A stretch of 64,000 bases of DNA, taken from positions 13 through 64,012 of IMG/VR virus record IMGVR_UViG_3300047160_035982; one strand, written 5' to 3'. The translations under genes were made by a program, and so were the position numbers. The notes beneath the pieces are model-generated. The model was not told where the DNA came from. It made no database searches and saw only the letters and a program-made list of their open reading frames with translations. Source of the stretch: a virus. Every line of letters begins with the position of its first letter. Positions within the stretch are counted from its first letter, which is position 1. Positions 9,746 to 19,695 of this stretch are shown here, in pieces.

Positions 9746-10298
9746 ATCCCCTCCCGCTCTCATGAAGCCGCTGATCTGTATGGATCTCCTCGGTGGCGTC
9801 GATCCGGCCTTCCACCCGCAGGTTGCCTCGGATAGTGACGTTACCGACCAGGATGATGGTGTCGGCCTGAATGGTGACCGGAGCGCCCGCCTTCATGTTC
9901 ATCGCCCCTTTCAGATCCCAGTCCAGCTGGCCCGTCGCGGCGTTCATGCTCATCGTTGAGCCATCATCGTAGACCGTATAATCGAGGTTCGGATCGGTGA
10001 CCGGAGGCGGGTCACTGGTCGTGTAGTAGGTGCCCAGGATGATGCCGTCCGCCGTGCCGTTGGGCAGTTTCAGGACTACGCAGTTGGCCCCCTTGCGCGG
10101 CATCTGAAAGCTGCGCTTACCGGTCGTTCCGGCCTGCATCACCGGCATCTGCTTGGTGATGTAGTCGCCCTGATCGGGCCGGATCACGCGGGCGTTGGCG
10201 GCGGTATCGTCGTTCTCGCGGTCGGCGATCCGCCCGATGAAGATCGCGTTGTGATAGCGATTGTCGTAGCCGGTCTTGTTGGTGTCTCCCAAAATCAT
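9732..10298 (-). CDS. Baseplate assembly protein V / spike
   Basis: OB-fold N-terminus (IGRIAD...ARV, VVLKLPNG...GIILG) and beta-helix C-terminus. Confidence 0.85.
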   Translation of the reverse strand: MILGDTNKTGYDNRYHNAIFIGRIADRENDDTAANARVIRPDQGDYITKQMPVMQAGTTGKRSFQMPRKGANCVVLKLPNGTADGIILGTYYTTSDPPPVTDPNLDYTVYDDGSTMSMNAATGQLDWDLKGAMNMKAGAPVTIQADTIILVGNVTIRGNLRVEGRIDATEEIHTDQRLHESGRGYDHN

Positions 10299-10302
10299 GA
10301 TG

Positions 10303-11520
10303 CTAGTATCCTTCCAGAACTTTGCGGGCCGTTAGCTCGGTGTTGTAGTCCTCGGTCCCGAGCTTGTGCGTGACCTCCTCGATGAAATATTTGGCGTCGA
10401 ACTGGCCGCATCCCTCCAAGAGGAACGTCTGGCCTGCGGCCACCAGCGGGTTGCCGATCCCCAGGCTCATCTTCTCGCCCTTCTGTTTCTCCTTGTTCTT
10501 TTCCCTGAGTTTACCCTTGGCCTTGCGCATCGCGGCCTTCTTGCCCTTGGCCCCCTTGCCCTTGTTCTTGCTGGGAGCCGCCGAGGGCGGCGTCCAGTCG
10601 CTGATCACCGGGTCGGCCCCCTCGCGCACGCTGGCCGCGTAAGCCAGCACGAACGCCTCCCCGTCGCCCCCGTCGCGCGGCTCGTCCAGCTCGTAGTCCG
10701 GGTTCTCACAGAGGTTAATGGTGTCATCGATCACGTCCCGGTCATTGGCCGTGAACGTCTCCTTGGTCAGCCGACCCGTCTCCGGGTTCATGTAGGAGCA
10801 GCAGCATTCCTTGGCCGTATCGGTCAGCTTGGTGGTGAACTTGGCGCTCCTGAGCCGGTAACATGGGATGTCGTTCCGGCTGGGTGCCTGGTCGCCGTAA
10901 GCCAGGATAAACTTGGGCGGGCGCTTCTCATAGTCGGCCTCGTCGAAGACCACGATCTTGTCCCGGCTGATCTTCATCTTCAGGCTGGCGTCACCCGTCC
11001 GCTTCTTCAGGAACTCCAGATCACTCTCCTCGGTCTGATCGACCCGCTTATAGATCGGGTTAACGCTCGATTCGTACTGGACCGTCATCCCGCCGTCCGC
11101 CGCCATCTTCTCAGCGATGGCCTTGAGGTTAGTCGACTCGAAACCCTTGGTCTTCTTCGTTCCCTTGACCTTCGCGCTAGGCGGGATCGGATTGGCCTTA
11201 ATAGAGAGAGTGTGCTCGGGCAGGCTGAACTCCACTTGGTCGATGTAGAAGCTGCCGCAGTCCAGCAGCAGCGGGGCGGCGTTCGGGGAAAACCAGCGTT
11301 CGCAGCGGATTGCCACGTCGATCTTAGCGCCCTTCTCAGGCATCCAGTCAGTAATCCAGCGCCGGTCGGGATCGGCCAGCTTGAGCTGAATGTCGTCGGC
11401 CTTGTCGCCCGAAACGCTGTCCTTGTATGAAAGCTCAAGGAAGTAGGGTTCCAACTGGACCGAGTAATCCTGGCCGTTGACGCTCACCACCTGATGCGCT
11501 GCTCTAACTTGTCCGATCAT
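10303..11520 (-). CDS. Late control D / baseplate hub protein
   Basis: LSYKDSVSGDKADDIQLKL, QTEESDLEFL, LGIGNPLVAAG motifs. Confidence 0.85.
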   Translation of the reverse strand: MIGQVRAAHQVVSVNGQDYSVQLEPYFLELSYKDSVSGDKADDIQLKLADPDRRWITDWMPEKGAKIDVAIRCERWFSPNAAPLLLDCGSFYIDQVEFSLPEHTLSIKANPIPPSAKVKGTKKTKGFESTNLKAIAEKMAADGGMTVQYESSVNPIYKRVDQTEESDLEFLKKRTGDASLKMKISRDKIVVFDEADYEKRPPKFILAYGDQAPSRNDIPCYRLRSAKFTTKLTDTAKECCCSYMNPETGRLTKETFTANDRDVIDDTINLCENPDYELDEPRDGGDGEAFVLAYAASVREGADPVISDWTPPSAAPSKNKGKGAKGKKAAMRKAKGKLREKNKEKQKGEKMSLGIGNPLVAAGQTFLLEGCGQFDAKYFIEEVTHKLGTEDYNTELTARKVLEGY

Positions 11521-11837
11521 CTGGGCGCTTTATAGTTCTTGGGGATGTAGGGATCATCCACGGGTTCACAGGTCCGCAGGTTCTTTAAAAACTCCTGCCG
11601 CGAAGTGGCCGGCGTGGCCAGATAAGCCGCAAAGAAGCCTTCCGCCGCAGCCTTAGCCTCATCGACTGTATCGTAGGCCAGCCCGTGGCCGACCGGGATG
11701 GTTTCGACATGACCCTGTTGTCCCAGGTAACCCATGTGGACCGTGTACCCAGGCCCATGCACAATCGGGCCGACCCGGATGAAGTACCCATCCTGATTGG
11801 CGTAAAACTCCTCCGTCTGTTTCCATTCGATGCTCAT
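11517..11837 (-). CDS. Small phage protein, paralog family (copy 2 of 3)
   Basis: MSIEW...DEAKAAAE; coupled to the stop of the collagen-like fibre gene. Confidence 0.55.
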   Translation of the reverse strand: MSIEWKQTEEFYANQDGYFIRVGPIVHGPGYTVHMGYLGQQGHVETIPVGHGLAYDTVDEAKAAAEGFFAAYLATPATSRQEFLKNLRTCEPVDDPYIPKNYKAPR

Positions 11838-13144
11838 GTTCTGATGATAAAGGTAACTCCCGCCCACGGCGGCATGTTGTCGTGCGCCTCGTTGTTGCCC
11901 TGCGCATTGGTTCCCGGCGATTGCGCGTCCGTACTTCGGAGGTGCCAGTTGGGATTCTGATCGCTCACCCAGTTGGTCCAGCCCCCGAAATTCCCGGCAT
12001 CCCAACGCCCGGTCCCGGCAGCGTGCAGACCGGTACCAGCGCCGTGCGTGGAGTTGACCCCGGCCCAGTTGGCGTTCCCCCACATCTGCGCGTCCTGCGC
12101 CATCCAGCCGCCGTTACCTCCCGGCACATAGCCGAAATAGGTTCCCAGCGTGTGGGCGTGATGGCCGTCGTTAACCCCGTGCGCGTGACCGGGATCGCCG
12201 TGTCCGTGGCCTGGGTCGCCGTGGTTGTGGTTGTTTAACCCGATAGCGTGGGTGTGATTGAAATCGTAGCCGTGCGTGTGGCTGTTGACCGTGTGCCAGT
12301 GCCAGGGCATCTGACCTGCGGAGAGCACCACAGATTCCGCCCCGCCCGTCGCGCCCAGCGCCCTGGCAGTCAAGCCTGCCCCTGCACCCGTGCTTGCCCC
12401 CAGGAGGGTGCGCCCTCGGAGATCCGGCACATTGAAGTGGGTTTCGTCGCCGCCCCAGGTCGAACCCAGCACCTGCGACAGCTCGGGAAACTCGTCACGC
12501 GGGTAGCTGGCCCCATTGCAGAACAGGAAATACTCGGGCAGGGCGGTCTGCTGACCGGCAAACGGCAGAATCGCCCCGGTCGGGACACCCAGAACCGGGA
12601 CATACAAAAGGCCATCGGTACCAAGCCTCGCCGCGTTAAAAGGGTCGGCGCTGATCTCGGTCGGCCCTTCCGGCCCGCGAGCCCCGGTCAATCCCTGCGG
12701 GCCGCGCATGTGGCCGATGAACATCCAGGCCTCGCCGTCCCAGCTGAAGGAATCCCCGGTATCATCCACGGTATAAGCGTCGCCTACCTGCAAGTCCGCG
12801 GTCGGCAGATCGCCCTCGGTCGGCACCGTACCCAGAAACCGCAGGCCGTGACCCGGTTCGCCCTGCTCGCCCTGCTGGCCGGGAGGCCCAGCCGCCCCAG
12901 GCAAACCGGGTAAACCCTGGTCGCCGGGATCGCCCTTGTCGCCTTTCTCGCCGCGCTCACCGGCAATCCCTGGATCGCCCGTTCGGCCCTGCTCACCGGG
13001 AGGACCGATCGGGCCGCGCTCACCGGGAATCCCCTGAATCCCCTGCTCACCCGGGACGCCCTGCGGGCCGACCTCTCCGGGTAACCCCGGCAAACCAGGG
13101 TCGCCCTTCGGGCCTTTGATGTTGCCGATAAACTCAGTTCTCAT
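11834..13144 (-). CDS. Collagen-like tail fibre with tail-collar domain
   Basis: Long Gly-X-Y run, collar [11 protein letters not shown]...FNVPDLRGR, HxH repeats, HDNMPPW; start re-called at ATG 13144. Confidence 0.85.
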   Translation of the reverse strand: MRTEFIGNIKGPKGDPGLPGLPGEVGPQGVPGEQGIQGIPGERGPIGPPGEQGRTGDPGIAGERGEKGDKGDPGDQGLPGLPGAAGPPGQQGEQGEPGHGLRFLGTVPTEGDLPTADLQVGDAYTVDDTGDSFSWDGEAWMFIGHMRGPQGLTGARGPEGPTEISADPFNAARLGTDGLLYVPVLGVPTGAILPFAGQQTALPEYFLFCNGASYPRDEFPELSQVLGSTWGGDETHFNVPDLRGRTLLGASTGAGAGLTARALGATGGAESVVLSAGQMPWHWHTVNSHTHGYDFNHTHAIGLNNHNHGDPGHGHGDPGHAHGVNDGHHAHTLGTYFGYVPGGNGGWMAQDAQMWGNANWAGVNSTHGAGTGLHAAGTGRWDAGNFGGWTNWVSDQNPNWHLRSTDAQSPGTNAQGNNEAHDNMPPWAGVTFIIRT

Positions 13145-13520
13145 ACCGGAACACGTCGCCAGAGATCGAGTTGAGGAAGAAGTCGCCGATCTGCACGTCA
13201 AACGGCCAGCCTGGGTCCATCCAGCCCGTGTACCAGCGGGTGGCCCTGGTCGGCACAGGCTCGGCTCCGATCACGCTCTGCCCCGGCACCAGTTCCAGCC
13301 GCGCCCGTTTCCAGGGCACCAGCTGAACCTCCTCGACCGGATCGACATCGGGAATCCGCAGCTTGATCCCGGCAGAAAAAATCATCACGTTGCGCAACGC
13401 CCAGTCGGCCTCCATCAGCCGGTTGCACAAAAGCTCCCGGCCTCGGCGCATCCCGTACATCTTGAGCGCGATCACGTCGAAGTAATCCCCCTGGGTCGTG
13501 ATGTAGGAGCGGTCACCCAT
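13134..13520 (-). CDS. Tail protein X (LysM-like)
   Basis: [18 protein letters not shown]...[12 protein letters not shown], downstream of the tape measure. Confidence 0.8.
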   Translation of the reverse strand: MGDRSYITTQGDYFDVIALKMYGMRRGRELLCNRLMEADWALRNVMIFSAGIKLRIPDVDPVEEVQLVPWKRARLELVPGQSVIGAEPVPTRATRWYTGWMDPGWPFDVQIGDFFLNSISGDVFRYEN

Positions 13521-16058
13521 TTAAGCCTCGAAGCTCAGCCTCCTTTCCTGATCCTGCGCGGCGTTCATCTGGGAAAGGAACTCTTCGGCCATTGACGCCA
13601 GCCGATTCTGCAGCGCGTCGATCACGTTCATGTCGGCGTTGCCGTTGATCGTGATGTTGGGCGCGAAATTCATGGTGGAAAGCTTTTGCATGGCCTGCCC
13701 CAGATTGCGGGCCGCGCCCACCGTTCCTCCCCCGCCGATAGCCTTGGCGGCATAGGAAAGCAGCCCCTCGGAACGCGGACCGCTCCGCAGCGGAATTACC
13801 GCCTCGGGACCGCGTTCGGCCAGGGTGGAAAGCATCGGGGTCGAAGCAATGCGGCCAAACTGGGATGAGGCTGGCTGACCGCCGCCAAACCGGCTCTTCA
13901 CTCCTTCCCACGCTGACTTGGCCCCGCCGATCAGGTCAGGCATCCTGAAAGAGGAGATCGCCCCAACCAGACCGTCCCAAGCTCGCTTGACCGCCTCGAT
14001 TGCGGCCAGGAACGCGCCCCGGATCGCTTGGTCGATAGTGGTCAGTGCGGACCCGATAGTGGTTGCCCCGGCAGTAAACGCCCCGGTCAGCCCATCCCAG
14101 GCTTGCCGAATAGTACCGATAGGGTCGGCCATCGCGCTGGTGAGCGCCGAACCGATAGCCTGAAGGGAAGGACCGATTACCGGCACGTTCTGAAGCGCGT
14201 TCCAGAGCGCGGTGAGCTGATCCATCGCCCCGGTGAAAACCCCCTGGAAAGCGTCCTGTATGGCCTGAAGCTTCGGACCCAGGACCGGCACATCCTTGAG
14301 CGCGGCCCACAGCTGCTCGATGTTCTCGGTCTTCATCGCGGCCCAGAGCCCCTGCATGATCGGGCCGATATTGGTAACCGTATTTCTGAAATCGTCTTCC
14401 AGGCCTTTCAGGACGGGGTCGATGACCGGCACCTCCTTGAGCTTGCCCCAGGTTTCCCCGATCACCCGGATGGACTCTCTGGCCCGCGTCATCAGGTCGT
14501 TAAACCCTCTCTCGACCGCCTGCAGTTCAGGCCCGATGACCGGCACCTCCTTCAGCTTGGCCCAGGCCTCCTCGATAGACTTGGACTTGAAGACCTGCTC
14601 CAGTCCTTTCCAGGCCTCCTGAAATACGGGCAGCATCCCTTTGACCGCGTTCTCGATGTCTTGCAGCATCGGCCCGATGACCGGCATCGCCTTGAGGGTG
14701 TTCCAAAATTCCAGGGTGGCCTTGCTGACCGCTTCCCAGTTCTGGATCAGGAGCACGATACCGGCGATGAGCGCGGCGATCCCGACCGTAACCAAGGTCA
14801 GCGGACTCATGACCAGGGCCAGCACCGCCATCCCGGCATTGAAGATCGCGACTGCCGCGGAAATAACGCCGAACGCCGCCGCCAGCGAAACCAGGGTCGG
14901 CACCAGCCAGCTGGCTTTATCGCCGACCCATTTAAGGGCCGCTGCCAGCGCGTTAATGGTCGCGACCAATGCGTCGCTGATTACGCTCTTCAAATCCTTG
15001 CCCGCCCCGAAGATTCCCTCGAAAGCTTTCTGGAACTCGGGGCCGACCTTAGCCGACATCTCGCTCCAGGCCTTCGACAAACCCGCGAACGCCTCCGCGC
15101 CCGGTCCCTTAAACCACTTGGAAACGTCATTGAGCATCGGCACCACGGCGGTTCTGGCAAATCCGGCCATGTCGCCCATCGCCCCGGCGATCCCCCGGAA
15201 CACATCCTTGGCGATAGGCTGCAGGGCCGGGATCACCTCGTTCCAGAACTCGGCCATCTTGGCCTGGACCGGCAGCATGTCGCGGGAAAGGGTGGAGGCG
15301 AAATCGGCGATGTTGCGGTTCATGACCGCGACCTTGCCCTCGTCGGTCTTGGCCAGCCGCTCCATGTTGCCCGCGTAATTCCGGACCATATCGGTCAGGT
15401 ATTTCTGGCGCTGAGCGGGCATCTTGAGCGCCTTCCACTCCTTGGCGTTGGTCTTGTCGATTAGGATTCCGTACTCAGCCAGCCCCCGGACGGGGCCTCC
15501 GCGCAAAGCCCGGCCCCAGGCGGTGGCCAGTTTCTGGGCATCCTCGGTCGTCGCCCGCGTACCCTTAAAGGTCGCCAGGACATCGTTAAGGATCGGCAGG
15601 GTCTGCTTGATCGCGGCGGGCGTGACCTTGGTCGTCGCCAGCGAGGCGATCATGTTGTTATAGACGCCTCGCGAATAAATGCCCTGCTCGGAGAGAGCCG
15701 CTCCTTGAGCTTTCAGCTCCTCCGTCAGCTGGGCGGCATACCTCGGGCCTTGTTTGGCGACCTGGGATTGAGAGAGTAGCGCCCCCTCAATCTGCCGGGT
15801 AACCTGCAGCGATTGCTCGGCCCGGTCCCGCGCATCGGCGAACATCCGGCCCAGCACGTTGGCCGCGCCGAACGCAGCCAGCGCCCCGGTCAACGCGCCG
15901 AAACGCCCGACCATCCCCATGATGCCGCGCCCGACCGCCATCGCGCCCGTCCGCAGCCGGGTCAGGCCAGCCTGGGCCTGGGCCATGACGCCACGGAACG
16001 AACCGAGGAGCCGCGCCCCGATCCAGAATTCCGCCCGGTAATTTCTCTGCGAAGCCAT
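13521..16058 (-). CDS. Tape measure protein
   Basis: 845 aa, Ala/Gly-rich, periodic aromatic residues and LKEVPVIGP-like repeats; follows the tail chaperone. Confidence 0.88.
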   Translation of the reverse strand: MASQRNYRAEFWIGARLLGSFRGVMAQAQAGLTRLRTGAMAVGRGIMGMVGRFGALTGALAAFGAANVLGRMFADARDRAEQSLQVTRQIEGALLSQSQVAKQGPRYAAQLTEELKAQGAALSEQGIYSRGVYNNMIASLATTKVTPAAIKQTLPILNDVLATFKGTRATTEDAQKLATAWGRALRGGPVRGLAEYGILIDKTNAKEWKALKMPAQRQKYLTDMVRNYAGNMERLAKTDEGKVAVMNRNIADFASTLSRDMLPVQAKMAEFWNEVIPALQPIAKDVFRGIAGAMGDMAGFARTAVVPMLNDVSKWFKGPGAEAFAGLSKAWSEMSAKVGPEFQKAFEGIFGAGKDLKSVISDALVATINALAAALKWVGDKASWLVPTLVSLAAAFGVISAAVAIFNAGMAVLALVMSPLTLVTVGIAALIAGIVLLIQNWEAVSKATLEFWNTLKAMPVIGPMLQDIENAVKGMLPVFQEAWKGLEQVFKSKSIEEAWAKLKEVPVIGPELQAVERGFNDLMTRARESIRVIGETWGKLKEVPVIDPVLKGLEDDFRNTVTNIGPIMQGLWAAMKTENIEQLWAALKDVPVLGPKLQAIQDAFQGVFTGAMDQLTALWNALQNVPVIGPSLQAIGSALTSAMADPIGTIRQAWDGLTGAFTAGATTIGSALTTIDQAIRGAFLAAIEAVKRAWDGLVGAISSFRMPDLIGGAKSAWEGVKSRFGGGQPASSQFGRIASTPMLSTLAERGPEAVIPLRSGPRSEGLLSYAAKAIGGGGTVGAARNLGQAMQKLSTMNFAPNITINGNADMNVIDALQNRLASMAEEFLSQMNAAQDQERRLSFEA

Positions 16059-16063
16059 AGGTG

Positions 16064-16294
16064 TCAGTGTGCATGGGCCTGCCGCCGAACACGTTCCTGC
16101 TCGGCCTCCAACGCCTCACGCTCTTCCTCAAGTTGTTCGGAGAGTTCAATTGCCCAGAGCGCCAGGGTTCGTACCGGCAGCTCCATCCAGAAGTCTATTC
16201 CGCCTCCGCTCGAACGGGCCATCCGCAGGACCACGCCCCGGAGCGCCCCGGTTACGGATTCTCCTCTTCCGACGAGCTGCCACAGGCTTTTACC
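16064..16294 (-). CDS. Putative -1 frameshift extension of the tail assembly chaperone (GT/E'-like)
   Basis: -1 frame open from G-GTA-AAA (16294-16288) to TGA at 16066-16064: KSLWQLV...DFWMELPVRTLALWAIELSEQLEEE... Confidence 0.55.
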   Translation of the reverse strand, partial: GKSLWQLVGRGESVTGALRGVVLRMARSSGGGIDFWMELPVRTLALWAIELSEQLEEEREALEAEQERVRRQAHAH

Positions 16295-16662
16295 ACTTCG
16301 AGCCGTAACTTGACGTAATAGCGCCGGGGCATCTTCATGAAGAGGCCCAGCGGAGCATCGGACAAATGGGCCATCACCAGCTTGTAATAAAGATGCTTCG
16401 TTTCGGGCAATGGGTAGCCCTCGTTTTTGTCGGCCTTGTAGAGCCGGGTGAAATCACGGTCGAGCCGGTCGAAATCCTTCCCGTTCATCTTCTCGAAATC
16501 GAGGATAACCGTCTTGTACGTTTGCCCGTCATAGTCGATGGGCGGGTCAAAGGTCACCCGCAGCGGAAGCATCGGCGGATCGATCTTCAGATCCCGGTAC
16601 TCCTGCGGCGGGGCTTCCTTCTTGACTACTTCAAGTTCAGCTACTGCGTTGTCCTGCTGCAT
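16252..16662 (-). CDS. Tail assembly chaperone
   Basis: PIDYDGQTYKTVILDFEKMNGKD; between tube and tape measure; start re-called at ATG 16662. Confidence 0.75.
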   Translation of the reverse strand: MQQDNAVAELEVVKKEAPPQEYRDLKIDPPMLPLRVTFDPPIDYDGQTYKTVILDFEKMNGKDFDRLDRDFTRLYKADKNEGYPLPETKHLYYKLVMAHLSDAPLGLFMKMPRRYYVKLRLEVVKACGSSSEEENP

Positions 16663-16957
16663 AAGCTTTTTGTTCGATCGACATCGGAGGCCAGGGTTGC
16701 GACCCTTCCGGTATATCCGGCCCGTGCTGGTCGTAATCGTCCTGGCACGCCCGCTGGGCGAGGTTGAGGTTGTTAAATGCGCCGAGGGAATAGGCGAAGG
16801 CTCCCAGCCCACCGGAAGCGGGCGACGGCTTGTAGGCCACCGCCTCAAAGTTGATGAGCTGTCCGTGAGCCGGATAAAAAACCAGATACTGGAAATGCCG
16901 GTCCAAGATGGACTGGGAGGCAATCCTCGGGTCGTCGGTCCAGGGGAGATTAGCCAT
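16637..16957 (-). CDS. Small phage protein, paralog family (copy 3 of 3)
   Basis: MANLPW...LNLAQRACQDDY; inserted between tube and chaperone. Confidence 0.5.
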   Translation of the reverse strand: MANLPWTDDPRIASQSILDRHFQYLVFYPAHGQLINFEAVAYKPSPASGGLGAFAYSLGAFNNLNLAQRACQDDYDQHGPDIPEGSQPWPPMSIEQKAYAAGQRSS

Positions 16958-16959
16958 GC

Positions 16960-17493
16960 TTACATCCCGATCAGCTGCCGGATACGGCCACCCACATCGC
17001 GGACGGCGTTGCCATCCCACCACCGGCAGACGGCGTTCTCCTTGTGCACCTCCAGCATGATCTGGTCATCGCGCAGGATGCGGATGCCGATCAGCTCGAA
17101 CTCGGTGACCGCCGCGCCTTTGACCCCGACCCCAAGGGTGCCCAGAGCGAAGGATTTCGGGGCGCAGTGCATGATGTAGCGCCAGCCGACATGGATAATC
17201 GAGTTGTCGCCCGTGTCGTCATACTGAAGCGCGGCCCAGGCATCCAGGGTGGTCTTGTCCTGAAAGGTCGCGGCCACCGCGTCCTCGACCGGCGTGTGCC
17301 AGTTGAGGGTGACGGAGGCGGGCGCGAAATGGCACTGGACCGGCATGTCGATCTCGCCGAAGACCCCAGCTCCGCGCACGGCATCGGTGATGTTGGCAAG
17401 GGTCGGCAGGGTGACATCGGCCAGCCCGATCAGGCGGCGACCGGGACCCTGAAAGATATTGTAGTTGGTAACGTGGTTGGGGATTCTGGGCAT
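16960..17493 (-). CDS. Tail tube protein (P2 FII-like)
   Basis: IGLADVTLP...GAGVFGEIDMP; follows the sheath. Confidence 0.88.
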   Translation of the reverse strand: MPRIPNHVTNYNIFQGPGRRLIGLADVTLPTLANITDAVRGAGVFGEIDMPVQCHFAPASVTLNWHTPVEDAVAATFQDKTTLDAWAALQYDDTGDNSIIHVGWRYIMHCAPKSFALGTLGVGVKGAAVTEFELIGIRILRDDQIMLEVHKENAVCRWWDGNAVRDVGGRIRQLIGM

Positions 17494-17505
17494 GGTGGCC
17501 TCCTC

Positions 17506-19014
17506 TTATGCGGCAATCGCCTCCTCCACCGGTTCCTCGAAGAGAGCGTTCAAGTACGGAATCCAGTATTCGATCCTGAACTCAAGCCACTCAGCCGGCG
17601 TGGGAACGGCGATGAAAACGTGGAAAACATAGTGGCCATTGAGCAGCTCGGTTGCCGGGTTCTCCGAGTGCAGGAACTCGATCCGCGCACCTAAAAGCGC
17701 CCCCTCGTTCTGGATGCCGTCCAGCCACAGCTGGATCGAGGTGACAATCGAATCGATCAGGCGGCGGTTGCCGGGATCGTCAACCTTCTGCCAGATGGTC
17801 AGCACGATGGTGTTGCCGACAAAATCAAAGGTGCGCCTGACCGGGATGAACATGTCCTTCACGTCGGTCACATCGGGGAAACAGGCCGTGCGGTTGCCCC
17901 AGCTTTTCCAGCCGCCGATCCAGTTGATCGCGGTCACGATCCCGTGCGAGTTGAGGTAATTGGCGTCGAAGAGGTTCAGGTTGATTTCCTCGCCGTCTTC
18001 ACGCAGGAGCGCGTTCATCCGCAGGTTCTTGTTCGACGGGCTGAAGTACGGGATGGACCGTCCGCGCCATACGTCGGTGTGCTGCATCAGCGGGCCTTGC
18101 TGCGAGCAGAAGTTGTAGACTTTGCGCTGCGTCTGGCCCAGCAGCGCAGGTTTGCCGAACAGACAGGTCTGGCGCGGGAAGACCATGTTGTTGCGGTTCT
18201 TAAAGAGCGGGGCGTCCTGGGCCACCTTCGCCACGTCGGTATCGATGGATACCAGACAGGTGCAGGCAAAGCAGCCGTTGATGTTCTCGCTCTTGGCGTT
18301 GGCGACGGAAGCCACAATGGGATCCTTGTCGAACTTCGGGATGACGATAATCCCCGGCACTTTGCGGTGGATCGGGAACACTTCCTCGATGACCTCCAGG
18401 CCGGTGCGCTCGCCCGTGTTGATGTCGATCCCACCGATCACGTCGGCGCTCGTCATCAGCTCGGCGTGTGGTTCCCTGCCGCTCACCCAGATCGAAGAGG
18501 TGTCGGATGGGATCAGCCCGGTGGAAAGCCGGGTAATGACCCAGGTGCCAGCCTTGGACAACGAAAGGGTGTAGTCCACGCCTTCCTCCAGGGCCTGCGG
18601 GGCAGATTCCATCGCCCTGACCTGGACCGTCCAGGCCAGCAGCTCCTTCTGAGTATCGACCTCGCCGTCAACCAGGGTGAACTCGGTCGCGGGCATTACG
18701 GTCGAATTCTCCTGCGGGTCCCAGACCGGGATGTAGACCACCGGGAACATGGCGAACTGGACGAAGAGCGAATCCATGTGCTCGCAGATCGTGTACTTCT
18801 CCCAGTCATCCGAGTAGCCCAGTTCCCTGACGGCCTCGGGATAATTGTTGTACAGCCGCGCCTTGTTGACGAAATCGCGACCGTTCTTGCGGAGGTGCAG
18901 AGGCGCAGCGCCGAACACGACGTTGAGGCCAACGTCGGCCCTGCGGGGCGCGAGGATGGAAGTCGGCACGTCGCTCCAGCTGACGCCGTGCGGGAAAGGA
19001 CCAAGGTATGGCAT
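17506..19014 (-). CDS. Tail sheath protein
   Basis: HGVSWSDVPT, SPSNK, SWGNRTACFP, FIPVRRTFDFV, PTPAEWLEF motifs. Confidence 0.92.
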   Translation of the reverse strand: MPYLGPFPHGVSWSDVPTSILAPRRADVGLNVVFGAAPLHLRKNGRDFVNKARLYNNYPEAVRELGYSDDWEKYTICEHMDSLFVQFAMFPVVYIPVWDPQENSTVMPATEFTLVDGEVDTQKELLAWTVQVRAMESAPQALEEGVDYTLSLSKAGTWVITRLSTGLIPSDTSSIWVSGREPHAELMTSADVIGGIDINTGERTGLEVIEEVFPIHRKVPGIIVIPKFDKDPIVASVANAKSENINGCFACTCLVSIDTDVAKVAQDAPLFKNRNNMVFPRQTCLFGKPALLGQTQRKVYNFCSQQGPLMQHTDVWRGRSIPYFSPSNKNLRMNALLREDGEEINLNLFDANYLNSHGIVTAINWIGGWKSWGNRTACFPDVTDVKDMFIPVRRTFDFVGNTIVLTIWQKVDDPGNRRLIDSIVTSIQLWLDGIQNEGALLGARIEFLHSENPATELLNGHYVFHVFIAVPTPAEWLEFRIEYWIPYLNALFEEPVEEAIAA

Positions 19015-19027
19015 AGATGTTCCTTCT

Positions 19028-19405
19028 CTAGTTGGTGACCGGGTAACGGTCGAAACGGGTGCCGAGCTGCCGGACGGTCACGGATTCCCTGGCTCCAGGC
19101 CGAACCTTCTCCAGCCACTTCTCGATCTCGGTATAGAAAGCGTTGAACTTGCCGGTCGTGCCGCGCCGGTTCCGGGCGATGTCGAAATCCAGCTGACGCT
19201 GTACCTCGGCGCTCTTGCCGACCGCCACGAATAGCTCGCCGATGGACGGGCATTCGGCGATGGCCGCAGCGAACCCCGGATAAATCCCGTTCTTGAAAAT
19301 GGTGCCGAACTGCAGCCCGATATGCGGGATATTCGGCCCGAGGTACTGGGTCTGGCCGACAAACTTGCTTTTGATTCTCTCGATCTTCTCTTCTTGCTCG
19401 CTCAT
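19028..19405 (-). CDS. Hypothetical virion-module protein
   Basis: 125-aa ORF upstream of the sheath (YLGPNIPHIGL). Confidence 0.55.
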   Translation of the reverse strand: MSEQEEKIERIKSKFVGQTQYLGPNIPHIGLQFGTIFKNGIYPGFAAAIAECPSIGELFVAVGKSAEVQRQLDFDIARNRRGTTGKFNAFYTEIEKWLEKVRPGARESVTVRQLGTRFDRYPVTN

Positions 19406-19695
19406 GCTTGTGCCTCCTCTTCCGGCTTCAATGATTCCTCCAGCTCCTCGAGTCGCGCCTCCAGCCGGTTAACGCGCTGGATAAGCCTGCGGCTCCAGCG
19501 CCAGGCCACCGCTGTCGGGCCGTTCTCGCGCCAGTGATAGTAAGGGTTGATGACTCCCCAGCCGGGCCGGTATCGCTCACCGTAAAGCTCCAGCAGTTTC
19601 TCCTCGCACTCGACCGTGGGCGCGACATCCATCTCAGTGAAGCCTCGAGCCTGACCGTGGGTGGTGTGCGCCAGAAAGATGTTCACGTTCATCAT
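19402..19695 (-). CDS. Hypothetical protein
   Basis: 97-aa coupled ORF. Confidence 0.45.
   Translation of the reverse strand: MMNVNIFLAHTTHGQARGFTEMDVAPTVECEEKLLELYGERYRPGWGVINPYYHWRENGPTAVAWRWSRRLIQRVNRLEARLEELEESLKPEEEAQA

Noticed and set aside
12840-13115. Periodic G/C-rich repeats as non-coding array
   Set aside because: Explained by Gly-X-Y collagen codons.
3920-13144. Diversity-generating retroelement or invertase shufflon acting on tail fibres
   Set aside because: No reverse transcriptase, no TR/VR pair differing at adenines, no invertase or inverted cassettes.
13900-14760. Repeated GACCGGCACCTCCTT-like segments
   Set aside because: Ordinary tape-measure protein repeats.
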